The translations under genes and the position numbers were made by a program. From positions 32,560-96,559 of the forward strand of contig CALMSX010000064.1 in the NCBI GenBank assembly GCA_937872515.1: DNA of 64,000 nucleotides, read 5' to 3'. The stretch is from an uncultured Bacteroidota bacterium. Lineage in GTDB: Bacteria > Bacteroidota > Bacteroidia > Chitinophagales > Saprospiraceae. The notes beneath the pieces are model-generated. The model was not told where the DNA came from and did not search any database. It saw only the letters and a list, made by a program, of their open reading frames with translations. The number at the start of each line of letters is the position of its first letter. Positions within the stretch are counted from its first letter, which is position 1. This document shows, piece after piece, positions 38,763 to 47,637 of this stretch.

Positions 38763-41700
38763 ATGAAGAGTATTCGTTTTCAACTCATTTTATGTTTCTT
38801 TTTGGTTTCGGTGGTCCAGTTGTTGGCCCACATCGGACCCAGAAATGGAAACAGACCAGCTGGTACTACGGCTGAAAACAGGGCGGTATGTCGTCCGGGA
38901 ATTTCTGAATTGGACATGGACGTCAACAACGTACGTGCCCGTTTGAGAACCGGTGGTGACGTATGGTGGGACGGAAGTCGCGGTTTGTATGTAGTACCTA
39001 AACCGGCAGAAGGACAACCAGCCGTTTCCTCCATCTTTGCAGGTGGTGTATGGGTAGGTGGTAGAGACAAGGCCGGAAATATCAAGTTGGCCGGGGTAAC
39101 CTACCGAAGCCTTACTGATAATTTCGACTGGTTTCCTGGCCCACTCGACCCAGCAGGTCAAACCGACGAACCCATTTGTAAAAATTGGGATAGATTTTTT
39201 TCCGTGGATGGCAATGCAGTGAGAAATCACATTGCTGCCTTTGATGCAGTTCCTCCCGGAGGTCAATATAGTTGTGATAGTATTCCGGTAGATGTTTTGT
39301 ACTGGCCAGGCCAGGGCAATCCTTATTGGAATGATAAATACGATTTCGAATTGCCTGATCAATCTCTTGGAGCATTCTGGGATGAAGATGGTGATGGCTT
39401 GTACGATCCATGCAAAGGCGACTTCCCTACCATAGAAATCAGGGATTGTGAGCCTGCTGATCGCAATAAGGCGAAAGAATTGATTCCTGACGAAATGGTA
39501 TTCTGGATCTATAATGACAACGGCGGAGTTCACCGTTTGACAGCAGGAGATGCTATCCAGATGGAAGTACAGGTCCAGTCTTTTGCCTATGCTACCAACG
39601 ATGAGATCAACGACATGAGCTTTTATCGGTATAAGTTGATCAATAGAGCTGACTCAGACATCATCGACTGTTACTTCGCCATGTGGGTAGACCCGGATTT
39701 GGGATGTTACTCAGATGACTATACCGGTTGTGATGTGGGCAGGAGTTTGGCCTATACCTACAACGAAGATGGTCTGGATGGTTCTGATGGAATCAACTGC
39801 GCCGGAGGTACCAATACCTATAAGGACAGGATTCCAATGATCGGAACCGATTATTTTAGAGGTCCAAGAGGTCCAAAAATATTTTTGAAAGATAATGATG
39901 GCAACATCTTATATGATGCAGATGGCAAAAAAATCCTAATTGATCCTGCTGAAGGAACAGGAGAATTTGACACTTTGATTGAATTGGGGATGACCTCCTT
40001 TATATATACCAACAACTGTGCAATTGGATCTCCTGATCCAGCAACATGCGACCCTGAAGACAGGGATGAACCTTTTTACAACAACCTTAGAGGTTTGTGG
40101 AGGAATGGTGAACCTATTACCTATGGTGGTACGGGTTACAATCCCGGTGCCGGTACAGATACTGTAAAATACGTATTCCCAGACAACCCAAGTTTTGATG
40201 GTGGTTGGTCAATGTGTGAAGAAGGTCTTGGTTTTGGTGACCGTCGTACCCTCCAGGCTACCGGTCCGCTCTTATTGCAACCGGGTGCCATCAATGAGTT
40301 GATCATTGGAGCAGTATGGGTACCTGACGTTGCGCACCCTTGTCCCGATATCTCAAAAATTCAGAATGCCGACGACATTGCTCAGGCTTTGTTTGACAAC
40401 TGTTTTGACATTACGGATGGTCCGGATGCCCCAGATATTACTGCAGTAGAATTAGACAGACAGTTGGTATTGGCATTAACCAATGACGAGCTTTCTTCTA
40501 ACAATGCTTTTTTGGCTTATACTGAAAGAGATTTGCGCTCAGATAACGACACGGTATTCTACAAATTTGAAGGATACAAAGTATTTCAATTGGCTAATCC
40601 TTCTATTACTGCACAGGAATTATCTGATGTAAGTAAGGCCAGGTTGGTGTTACAAACGGATATCAAAAATGGTGTTACTGAAATTTTCAATTGGAAGGCA
40701 GAACCCAACCCCAATGGAGGTACAGTAGAACAACCCGACCTGATCTGGACTTATACCAGGATGGTGCAGGGAGGCGACAAAGGACTTCAAACTACTGTTA
40801 GCATTGTAGAAGATCAGTTTGCCAAAGGTGACAGAAGACTGGTAAACCATAAGCAGTATCACTTCATGGTAATTGCTTATGCTTATAACAATTACCTGCC
40901 ATTTAATCCTGAAACGGTATTGGGTCAGAGAACTCCTTACCTCGAAGGCAGGAGAAACGTTGCAACTTATTCTTTGACACCACGACCTATCGTTTACGAA
41001 AACCTGTTTGCAGGTTATGGAGATGGTGTTAAAATCATTCGTTTGGCCGGTCAGGGAGCAGGTGAAAACTTCCTGGATGTTTCCAAAGAAACCAGGGAAG
41101 CCATTGCAAAAGGTACCCTTACCGACAAAAGGATTCCTTACCTCGATGGTGCAGGACCAGTCAATGTAAAAATTTACAATCCACTTGAAGTTCAGGATGG
41201 CAAATACAGATTGGATGTAAAAGGAAGCTTTGATGCCAACTCAAAAGTTTGTGCCCTGAAAGCGGATGCTGTATATACGATTACAGATGTGGGCAGTGGT
41301 GAAGTTTTGGCAAAAGAGACCTCTCTTCGCCAGCTGAATGAACAAATCATGTACAAGAAAGGATTTAGTGTAACCATGGGTCAGGCGGATGAACCTGGTG
41401 TCCAGAATGACAAAGGCCAAACCAATGGTGCATTGGGCCAGGTTTTGGATTATGTCGACAAGAGTGGTTCCGTTTGGCTCAATGCGGTTGTTGATGGTGA
41501 TAATGGCCTGACAACGGTTTTGGGTCCGACATTCGGTGCATTATGGGATCCAATTTCAAATAACAACCCTTTAGACCCACAAAATGTATATGGTAAATTG
41601 GGAACAGGACACTTCTTCCCATTTGCTTTAGCTAATTATATACCTGGTGACCAGAGTTATGCATTCTTATCGCCCGCTTCTCGTGAAGCGCACCCGGTAT

Positions 41701-42878
41701 TGTTAGATGCTCAATCAGGTACCCTAAAGTTGGCTGATCTCAATAACGTAGACGTTGTGTTTACCTCCAACAAAGATTTATGGAGCCGATGCATTGTAGT
41801 TGAAACTGCATCTTCCAACTATACAGGTGAGGCCGGAAGAACGACCATCGATGGTGCCAAAACTTTGGAAGTAAGATCTACACCTTCAGTTGGAAAAGAT
41901 GGAAAACCTGATAATAGTGGCACTGCTGGTTTGGGCTGGTTCCCGGGTTATGCCATTGATGTAGAAACCGGAGAGAGATTGAATATTTTCTTTGGCGAAA
42001 ACTCAGTATACAGAGGTGAGGATGTTTCTTTCCTTGGCTTGGTGGGCGGAGACAAAGAAGACTATTGTTACGATATGATCTTTAATCCATCATCAAGATT
42101 GGTTGGTACAGGTAATTTAAATGGTACGGCTGAATTGTCAATGCTACAGGTAGCAGGAGGTCAGCATTTCATCTATGTTACCCGTCAGAAATACGACGAA
42201 TGTGCACAGCTGGCTACCCGTTTGAAAAAGGGTACCTCAGCTTTTGCCAAGAGAGATCCACTGGGTGCTATTACCTGGACATGCATTCCATTGTCATCAG
42301 GCAGTTTCCCAATGACCTCTGTTGAAAACGGCTTGATTCCAAATGATGTAACCGTTAAGCTAAGGGTCAACAACAGCTACAACAAAGAGCGCAAATTAGC
42401 GGATATTTCCAGGTTTAAAAACTGTGATACGGAAGATGGACTTCCTGCCTACGAATTTGAAATCAGTGGCAAACAATCTCAGGATCTGGTAGCAGAGGAA
42501 TATACCGGGGCACTGGCCAACATCAACGTGGTGCCAAACCCATATTATGCTTATTCTGCTTATGAGACTTCACAATTTACCAATGTAATCAAGATTACCA
42601 ATTTGCCCGAAAGAGCAGTTGTTACCATTTACAGTCTTGATGGTAAATTTGTAAAACGTTTCAACAGAGACGAAAGACAATCCACCAATCCTGGCAATAA
42701 TCCGGCTAATAGAAATGCACAACCTATTCCAGATTTGGATTGGGATATGAAAAACTTTGCCGGTATTCCTGTAGCCAGTGGTGTTTATTTGATCCATGTA
42801 TCAGCTCCTGATTACGGAGAAGAAAGGACCATCAAGTGGTTTGGTATCAACCGTAAATTTGATCCTACCGGACTATAA
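38763..42878 (+). CDS. 1371-aa secreted protein of unknown function with T9SS-like C-terminal domain
   Basis: Signal peptide (LILCFFLVSVVQLLAH) and a DxDxDG-type loop (WDEDGDGLYD, nt 39381-39410). The C-terminal ~115 aa (VVPNPYYAYS...VVTIYSLDGKFVKRF...DWDMKNFAGIPVASGVYLIHV...) resemble the type A sorting/FlgD-Ig-like fold. No catalytic motif recognised. Confidence 0.6.
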   Translation: MKSIRFQLILCFFLVSVVQLLAHIGPRNGNRPAGTTAENRAVCRPGISELDMDVNNVRARLRTGGDVWWDGSRGLYVVPKPAEGQPAVSSIFAGGVWVGGRDKAGNIKLAGVTYRSLTDNFDWFPGPLDPAGQTDEPICKNWDRFFSVDGNAVRNHIAAFDAVPPGGQYSCDSIPVDVLYWPGQGNPYWNDKYDFELPDQSLGAFWDEDGDGLYDPCKGDFPTIEIRDCEPADRNKAKELIPDEMVFWIYNDNGGVHRLTAGDAIQMEVQVQSFAYATNDEINDMSFYRYKLINRADSDIIDCYFAMWVDPDLGCYSDDYTGCDVGRSLAYTYNEDGLDGSDGINCAGGTNTYKDRIPMIGTDYFRGPRGPKIFLKDNDGNILYDADGKKILIDPAEGTGEFDTLIELGMTSFIYTNNCAIGSPDPATCDPEDRDEPFYNNLRGLWRNGEPITYGGTGYNPGAGTDTVKYVFPDNPSFDGGWSMCEEGLGFGDRRTLQATGPLLLQPGAINELIIGAVWVPDVAHPCPDISKIQNADDIAQALFDNCFDITDGPDAPDITAVELDRQLVLALTNDELSSNNAFLAYTERDLRSDNDTVFYKFEGYKVFQLANPSITAQELSDVSKARLVLQTDIKNGVTEIFNWKAEPNPNGGTVEQPDLIWTYTRMVQGGDKGLQTTVSIVEDQFAKGDRRLVNHKQYHFMVIAYAYNNYLPFNPETVLGQRTPYLEGRRNVATYSLTPRPIVYENLFAGYGDGVKIIRLAGQGAGENFLDVSKETREAIAKGTLTDKRIPYLDGAGPVNVKIYNPLEVQDGKYRLDVKGSFDANSKVCALKADAVYTITDVGSGEVLAKETSLRQLNEQIMYKKGFSVTMGQADEPGVQNDKGQTNGALGQVLDYVDKSGSVWLNAVVDGDNGLTTVLGPTFGALWDPISNNNPLDPQNVYGKLGTGHFFPFALANYIPGDQSYAFLSPASREAHPVLLDAQSGTLKLADLNNVDVVFTSNKDLWSRCIVVETASSNYTGEAGRTTIDGAKTLEVRSTPSVGKDGKPDNSGTAGLGWFPGYAIDVETGERLNIFFGENSVYRGEDVSFLGLVGGDKEDYCYDMIFNPSSRLVGTGNLNGTAELSMLQVAGGQHFIYVTRQKYDECAQLATRLKKGTSAFAKRDPLGAITWTCIPLSSGSFPMTSVENGLIPNDVTVKLRVNNSYNKERKLADISRFKNCDTEDGLPAYEFEISGKQSQDLVAEEYTGALANINVVPNPYYAYSAYETSQFTNVIKITNLPERAVVTIYSLDGKFVKRFNRDERQSTNPGNNPANRNAQPIPDLDWDMKNFAGIPVASGVYLIHVSAPDYGEERTIKWFGINRKFDPTGL

Positions 42879-42887
42879 CTAAAAACA

Positions 42888-42912
42888 GGGCAGGTTGCCA
42901 GTCGACCTGCCC
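42888..42912 (+). terminator. GC-rich hairpin after the 1371-aa gene (weak terminator or attenuator)
   Basis: GGGCAGGT (42888-42895) pairs with ACCTGCCC (42905-42912) around a 9-nt loop, followed by ATATTTG. The near-consensus -7 box CATATTTG (42912-42919) lies 23 nt before ATG 42943. Confidence 0.4.
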
Positions 42913-42942
42913 ATATTTGATAAAAGGTATAAATAAAAATAT

Positions 42943-44010
42943 ATGTCAAAGACTTTATACAAACTTATAGTAATAGCCGGTTTATGGATGGGGGCTAACG
43001 CTGCTTTTGCCGGCAACCCAGACAGGCAAGGTGAAGCAGGAGCCCACGAGCTTTTGATCAACCCATGGGCCAGAAGCGCCGGTCTGCATACCTTAAATAC
43101 TTCTTCTATCATGGGTGTTGAGGCCATGCGTCTCAACATCGCTGGACTCAGCAGGATGGTTAAAGGTGAATTTGCGGTTTCCAACTGCCAGCTTTACAAA
43201 GGTACAGGCCTCTCTATGAATGAGCTTGGCTTTGGGACCAAAATGGGTAAAAATGGTGCTTTCGGAGTTACGCTTTCATCTTTGTCGTTTGGTAAAATTC
43301 CCGTTACAACGGTAAATCAGCCGGAAGGTACAGGAGAAAACTTCTCACCCAACTTTTTCCACATCGGAATAGGCTATTCTTACCTCTACGACAACAAAAT
43401 TTCTGTGGGTATCCTTGTTAGAGGTATTTCTGAATCCATATCAAGTGTTTCAGCCTTTGGTTTTGCCATTGATGCCGGAGTACAATATGTATCTGGACCT
43501 CAGGACAACTTCAGGTTGGGTATTTCATTGAGAAACACAGGCTCTCCTATGATCTTTGGAGGTCAGGGACTTTCTGTTTCCAATTCAAATATTGACCCTG
43601 CAGGTGGTACAACCTACAATCTTACATACGATCAAAGGGCAGAAGACTTCGAATTGCCTTCAATTTTGAATGTAGGTGCTTCTTATGACACCTATTTTAA
43701 TGTTGAAAAGAAGGATTACCTTAGAATCGTCGGTAACTTTACTTCCAATGCTTTTTCTCAGGATCAATTGGGAATTGGTGCTGAGTTTTCATTCCGTGAA
43801 AGGATTGTATTGAGAGGAGCTTACAAGGCCAACTTTGGCAAATCTTCTGCCGGCATCGGAGAAGAATTGTACACAGGACTGGCTGGAGGAGTTTCCATCA
43901 TCTTTCCTACCAAAAAAGATGGTTCATCCAGCTTTGGCATCGACTATGCTTACAGAGCAACCCGTACTTTTGATGGTACTCACAACCTTGCAGTAAGGTT
44001 TGCCTTTTAA
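42943..44010 (+). CDS. PorV/PorQ-family (FadL-fold) outer-membrane beta-barrel protein
   Basis: Signal peptide and an N-terminal segment GEAGAHELLINPWARSAGLHTLNTSSIMGVEAMRLNIAGLS. This matches the PorV-family pattern (G-A-x-x-L-x-I-x-P-x-A-R-x-x-G...N-P-A-G-L). Alternating beta-strand pattern and terminal F (VRFAF). Confidence 0.5.
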   Translation: MSKTLYKLIVIAGLWMGANAAFAGNPDRQGEAGAHELLINPWARSAGLHTLNTSSIMGVEAMRLNIAGLSRMVKGEFAVSNCQLYKGTGLSMNELGFGTKMGKNGAFGVTLSSLSFGKIPVTTVNQPEGTGENFSPNFFHIGIGYSYLYDNKISVGILVRGISESISSVSAFGFAIDAGVQYVSGPQDNFRLGISLRNTGSPMIFGGQGLSVSNSNIDPAGGTTYNLTYDQRAEDFELPSILNVGASYDTYFNVEKKDYLRIVGNFTSNAFSQDQLGIGAEFSFRERIVLRGAYKANFGKSSAGIGEELYTGLAGGVSIIFPTKKDGSSSFGIDYAYRATRTFDGTHNLAVRFAF

Positions 44011-44032
44011 GGAGATTTTATAAAATATTGGT

Positions 44033-44055
44033 AAATAGGGAAATAATCCCTATTT
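44033..44055 (+). other. AT-rich hairpin 1 in the PorV-like/greA intergenic region
   Basis: AAATAGGGA (44033-44041) pairs with TCCCTATTT (44047-44055) around a 5-nt loop. The 3' arm overlaps the -7 box at 44051-44058. Confidence 0.5.
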
Positions 44056-44058
44056 TTG
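44051..44058 (+). promoter_or_regulatory. -7 box TATTTTTG, the only perfect box upstream of greA
   Basis: Lies 214 nt before ATG 44273 and is followed immediately by the 44066-44109 terminator-like palindrome. Confidence 0.3.
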
Positions 44059-44065
44059 CAGCGTA

Positions 44066-44109
44066 AAGAACGTTTTTATCCCCCGGGGATAAAAACGTTC
44101 TTCTTTTTT
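44066..44109 (+). terminator. Strong intrinsic-terminator-like element (18-bp-arm palindrome plus T-tract)
   Basis: AAGAACGTTTTTATCCCC (44066-44083) pairs perfectly with GGGGATAAAAACGTTCTT (44085-44102), followed by CTTTTTT. Confidence 0.7.
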
Positions 44110-44125
44110 ATAAGTGGGTAACTGC

Positions 44126-44147
44126 GTTTCAGATAAAAAACTGAAAC
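44126..44147 (+). other. Hairpin 3 in the greA upstream region
   Basis: GTTTCAG (44126-44132) pairs with CTGAAAC (44141-44147) around the 8-nt loop ATAAAAAA. Confidence 0.45.
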
Positions 44148-44272
44148 AGAGGAACCTTTGCCGGTTTAAGGCTGTTTTGAGAAGTATTGGGATTTCTTTC
44201 CTTCCCGGCTTTTCAACAAACACCTGACCGGGGATTTTATCACAAAATTTTAGCAATTTAAACCGTAAAGAC

Positions 44273-44746
44273 ATGTCGGTATCTTACATGACGCAAGAGG
44301 GCTACGATAAGCTCAGAAATGATCTTGAAGACCTCAAATCAAGGGGTAGACAAGAAGTAGCCAGAGCTATTGCTGAAGCCAAAGAAAAAGGTGACCTTTC
44401 TGAAAACGCAGAATACGATGCTGCTAAAGATGCACAGGGCATGCTTGAGTTGAAAATCAACGAAATGGAAAAGGCCATGGCCAGTGCGCGCATCATCAGT
44501 GAAAATGAACTCGATGCCTCAAAGGTGACCATTTTGTCGTCTGTGACCATAAGAAATATAAAGACAGGCAAAGACATGACCTATAAGCTGGTTTCTGAAT
44601 CAGAAGCAGATCTCAAGACCAAAAGAATTTCTGTAAACTCTCCGATCGGTCAGGGCTTACTTGGAAAAGTGAAGGGAGATATTGCCAAAATATCAACTCC
44701 TGCCGGTGAGCTTGATTTTGAAATCGTTTCAATCAGTCTGGACTAA
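44273..44746 (+). CDS. greA: Transcription elongation factor GreA
   Basis: MTQEGYDKLRNDLEDLK and the GDLSENAEYDAAK acidic tip motif. 157 aa. Confidence 0.95.
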   Translation: MSVSYMTQEGYDKLRNDLEDLKSRGRQEVARAIAEAKEKGDLSENAEYDAAKDAQGMLELKINEMEKAMASARIISENELDASKVTILSSVTIRNIKTGKDMTYKLVSESEADLKTKRISVNSPIGQGLLGKVKGDIAKISTPAGELDFEIVSISLD

Positions 44747-45144
44747 TGGCTACCATTTTCAGCAGGATAGTTGCGGGGGAGATTCCTTGTTACAAAGTAG
44801 CTGAGGATGACCAGTTTTTGGCTTTTTTAGACATCCAGCCCCTAAAGCCCGGACATACACTGGTCATACCTAAAAAGGAAGTTGATTACATTTTTGATAT
44901 TGACGATGCCCTTTTGGGAGAAATGATGGTCTTTGCCAAAAAAGTGGCTCACGCTGTGCGTGCGGTTGTGCCTTGCTCAAGAATTGGTGTAAGTGTCATA
45001 GGCCTCGAAGTGCCCCATGCCCACATTCATCTCATTCCTATTGAATCTGTGGCTGATATTAACTTCAGCAAATCAAAAATGCAGCTTTCCCCTGAGGAAA
45101 TGAAAGAATTATCAGCTCAAATTGCTGCCAGGGTAGTGTTATAG
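44746..45144 (+). CDS. HIT-family (histidine triad) nucleotide hydrolase
   Basis: Histidine triad HAHIHLIP. TAATG overlap with the greA stop. Confidence 0.9.
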   Translation: MATIFSRIVAGEIPCYKVAEDDQFLAFLDIQPLKPGHTLVIPKKEVDYIFDIDDALLGEMMVFAKKVAHAVRAVVPCSRIGVSVIGLEVPHAHIHLIPIESVADINFSKSKMQLSPEEMKELSAQIAARVVL

Positions 45145-45146
45145 AC

Positions 45147-46268
45147 TTGAAAATAGCAGTAAATACCAGGTTTATGCTTCCGGGCACCCATCTTGAAGGG
45201 GTTGGCCGTTATACCTTTGAAATCCTCAATCGACTGTGCGTTAACCATCCTGAACATACCTTCTATTTTTTTTTTGACAGAAAATACGACAAAAAATACA
45301 TCTTCGCACCCAATGTTGTGCCCATAATTCTGTCTCCACCCGCACGTCATCCTTTCATTTTTATTTTTTGGTTTGAGTGGTCGGTGAGAAGGGCACTTAA
45401 AAAATTAAAACCCGATGTTTTTCTTTCTTTTGATGCCATGCTTTCTTTGCTGTCCGATTTCAGGAGTGTGCTGGTAGTTCATGACCTTGCCTACTTGCAT
45501 TATCCCGGTTATTTGCCTGTCTCGGCTTTGTGGTTTTACAAATATTTTATGCCCCGTTATATTCAAAAGGCGGAAAAAATTGTTGCGGTGTCAACATTTA
45601 CTGCTAATGATGTAAAATCTGCCTTTGGTGTTTTGGATGAAAAAATTTCTGTAGCATGGAATGCCTTGCCGGCTACCTTCGATCAGAATATGGCAGATAC
45701 AGCCCGCCCTTTGGATGTCCCTTATTTCATTGTACCAGGCGCCATTAGTGAAAGGAAAAACACGTTAAATATTCTACTTGCTTTTGAAAAATTCCTCCGT
45801 ATACATCCCACAGATGAGATTCGACTTGTTTTTGCCGGTGGATTTATGTTTCCTTTACAAGGAGAGGTAAAAAAGAGGTGGACAGTCCTCCAAAAAGCAG
45901 GTTATCTGGTTCACATCGATAAGCCGGATGATGGGAGAATGAGACAGTGGATTTCTCACGCCCGGGCACTGATCTATGTTTCTCTTTTTGAGGGATTTGG
46001 GATTCCGATCTTGGAAGGCCTGGCCATGGAGGTACCCGTAATTACATCCAATGTAAGTTCGATGCCGGAAGTGGCGGGAGAAGCTGCCCTGTGTGTGGAT
46101 CCTCTCCAACTGGATGCCATTTGTTTGGCTATGGAGGCGATGAGCAATGATGAAACCCGCAAGTCTTTAATAAAACTTGGAAAAGAACAACTTAAAAAAT
46201 TTGATTGGAATCGCTCTGCAGAACACATTTATCAATGTCTGGTCAGTGTTGCTGAAAATAAAAAATGA
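45147..46268 (+). CDS. Glycosyltransferase family 4
   Basis: EGFGIPILEGLAMEVPVITS motif region and GT-B layout. TTG start 2 nt after the HIT stop. Confidence 0.8.
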   Translation: MKIAVNTRFMLPGTHLEGVGRYTFEILNRLCVNHPEHTFYFFFDRKYDKKYIFAPNVVPIILSPPARHPFIFIFWFEWSVRRALKKLKPDVFLSFDAMLSLLSDFRSVLVVHDLAYLHYPGYLPVSALWFYKYFMPRYIQKAEKIVAVSTFTANDVKSAFGVLDEKISVAWNALPATFDQNMADTARPLDVPYFIVPGAISERKNTLNILLAFEKFLRIHPTDEIRLVFAGGFMFPLQGEVKKRWTVLQKAGYLVHIDKPDDGRMRQWISHARALIYVSLFEGFGIPILEGLAMEVPVITSNVSSMPEVAGEAALCVDPLQLDAICLAMEAMSNDETRKSLIKLGKEQLKKFDWNRSAEHIYQCLVSVAENKK

Positions 46269-46290
46269 GTCTCCTTGCGAAGACTCATTT
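46263..46290. terminator. Hairpin between convergent genes (possible bidirectional terminator)
   Basis: AAATGAGTCT (46263-46272) pairs with AGACTCATTT (46281-46290) around an 8-nt loop. It includes the GT4 stop codon and is A-rich upstream and T-rich downstream. Confidence 0.45.
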
Positions 46291-46316
46291 ATCTGAATTG
46301 TATTGTAAAGGGAGTT

Positions 46317-47552
46317 TTACATTCTTATTCTTATCTGGTCGCCAATCCTTGGAGGTGAATTAACATCGATTCGGTTAAATTCCATCAAGGCGGCCAACTC
46401 CATACCATTTTCCCTGGCAATGTCGGCTAGGGATTTACCCCTTGTCAGTTTTACCACTTTTACATACCCATCGTCTTCCATACGAATGGCTTCTGTGCTG
46501 TTACCGGCCAAAAGGATAGGAAAGGGCAGGTTATTGATAGGCCTTGTCCCCGACACTTCATCCTTTCTTTGATTGGCTTCTGCCAGTGCTACAATGTCAC
46601 GCTGTCTGGCCGCGGAAGCAGGAGATAATGAAACCACTTTATCCAAAGCTCCAAATGCAAGGGCAAAGTCGTAAAGTTTGGTTTCTGGAAGCGTCAGTTT
46701 ATTTTCACCATTGGATCTGGGTATAAATCCTTTGGTATAACTTGGGTTGAGTCTTTTCATGACTTCCCAATCAATTTCAAAATCTTCAGCCAGGTGCTTA
46801 AGATCTATTTTTTCATTTACCAGAATAGTGGCCGTAAACACGTAATCATCAGACAGTGGGGTAGGCTCTAATTCGTGCAGATAGTAGTAATTCATTAAAT
46901 AGGCTATGGCAATAAACTTGGGAACAAATTCCTGTGTCTGCCGGGGAAGGTACTTTTGGATGTCCCAGTAACTTCTGGAATTAGACTTTCTCAATGCACT
47001 ATTGACAACGCCATCACCACAATTATAGGCAGCCAAAACCAGGGTCCAGTCGCCATAGATGTTGTACAGTCTGTTGAGATAGTGCATGGCGGCCTGGGTT
47101 GATTTTTCAGGGTCCCTTCGCTCATCTAATACATTGGTAACCTTGAGGCCATACATCTGGGCGGTAGGTTTCATAAACTGCCACAGGCCACTTGCCCCCA
47201 CATGTGAGGATACATAGGGTACCAGGGCTGCCTCTATGACAGGCAGGTATTTGAGCTCGTCCGGTAAGCCGTGATTGGCCAGGGCTTCCTCAATCATAGG
47301 AAAATACATAGGAGCTCTGCCCAGCAGGGTGGTGCTGAGTCCTCTGTGTTTTTCAATGAAAAACGATATCTGCTCTTTCACCTGGCTATTGTACCTCACC
47401 TCCAGTTTTAAGGGGAGGCTCATTACTCTCTTCTCTATTTCCGGATCAGCTATGTCCAGACAGCTTTCTACTGCTGCTGGCGCATTTTGATTTCCAGAAA
47501 AAGACAAGACCAGAAAAAAAACCAGATTTCTTAATGAAATCAATATGTTCAT
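46317..47552 (-). CDS. Membrane-bound lytic murein transglycosylase D-like protein (SLT domain plus LysM repeats)
   Basis: SLT motif EAALVPYVSSHVGASGLWQFM and AYNCG, with LysM-like C-terminal repeats (VKLTRGKSLADIARENGMELAALMEFNRI). Start moved to ATG 47552 (MNILISLRNLVFFLVLSFSG signal), downstream of the -7 box. Confidence 0.85.
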   Translation of the reverse strand: MNILISLRNLVFFLVLSFSGNQNAPAAVESCLDIADPEIEKRVMSLPLKLEVRYNSQVKEQISFFIEKHRGLSTTLLGRAPMYFPMIEEALANHGLPDELKYLPVIEAALVPYVSSHVGASGLWQFMKPTAQMYGLKVTNVLDERRDPEKSTQAAMHYLNRLYNIYGDWTLVLAAYNCGDGVVNSALRKSNSRSYWDIQKYLPRQTQEFVPKFIAIAYLMNYYYLHELEPTPLSDDYVFTATILVNEKIDLKHLAEDFEIDWEVMKRLNPSYTKGFIPRSNGENKLTLPETKLYDFALAFGALDKVVSLSPASAARQRDIVALAEANQRKDEVSGTRPINNLPFPILLAGNSTEAIRMEDDGYVKVVKLTRGKSLADIARENGMELAALMEFNRIDVNSPPRIGDQIRIRM

Positions 47553-47629
47553 GGCAAAAAAGTTAATAGGTCTTTGGGCAAAAAAAATCGGTGTTGAGTT
47601 AAGGTCTATTAAATTGCCAAATTGGAACG

Positions 47630-47637
47630 CAAAAGTA
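47630..47637 (-). promoter_or_regulatory. -7 box TACTTTTG upstream of the MltD-like gene
   Basis: Plus strand reads CAAAAGTA. It lies 77 nt from ATG 47552 and inside the track's extended ORF (start 47672). Confidence 0.4.

Noticed and set aside
38790-39533. A 247-aa minus-strand ORF (and 38780-39085, 39112-39411) inside the 1371-aa gene
   Set aside because: It lies antisense within a long, well-supported plus-strand frame and has no promoter box or recognisable motif. This is typical of a shadow ORF. The same applies to the many 60-150-aa antisense ORFs inside icmF, the ABC transporter, tig, mnmG and others.
38763-42878. Identity of the 1371-aa protein as the T9SS sortase PorU, suggested by the porU-porV gene order known from other Bacteroidota
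   Set aside because: I could not find gingipain/C25-like catalytic His and Cys contexts or other PorU-like features. The preceding TonB-dependent-receptor-like gene is also not part of the porU-porV arrangement. An HMM search is needed for a firm exclusion.
44050-44274. A 74-aa minus-strand ORF in the greA upstream spacer
   Set aside because: It spans the terminator palindrome and two other hairpins. The composition and structure of the region argue for non-coding function.
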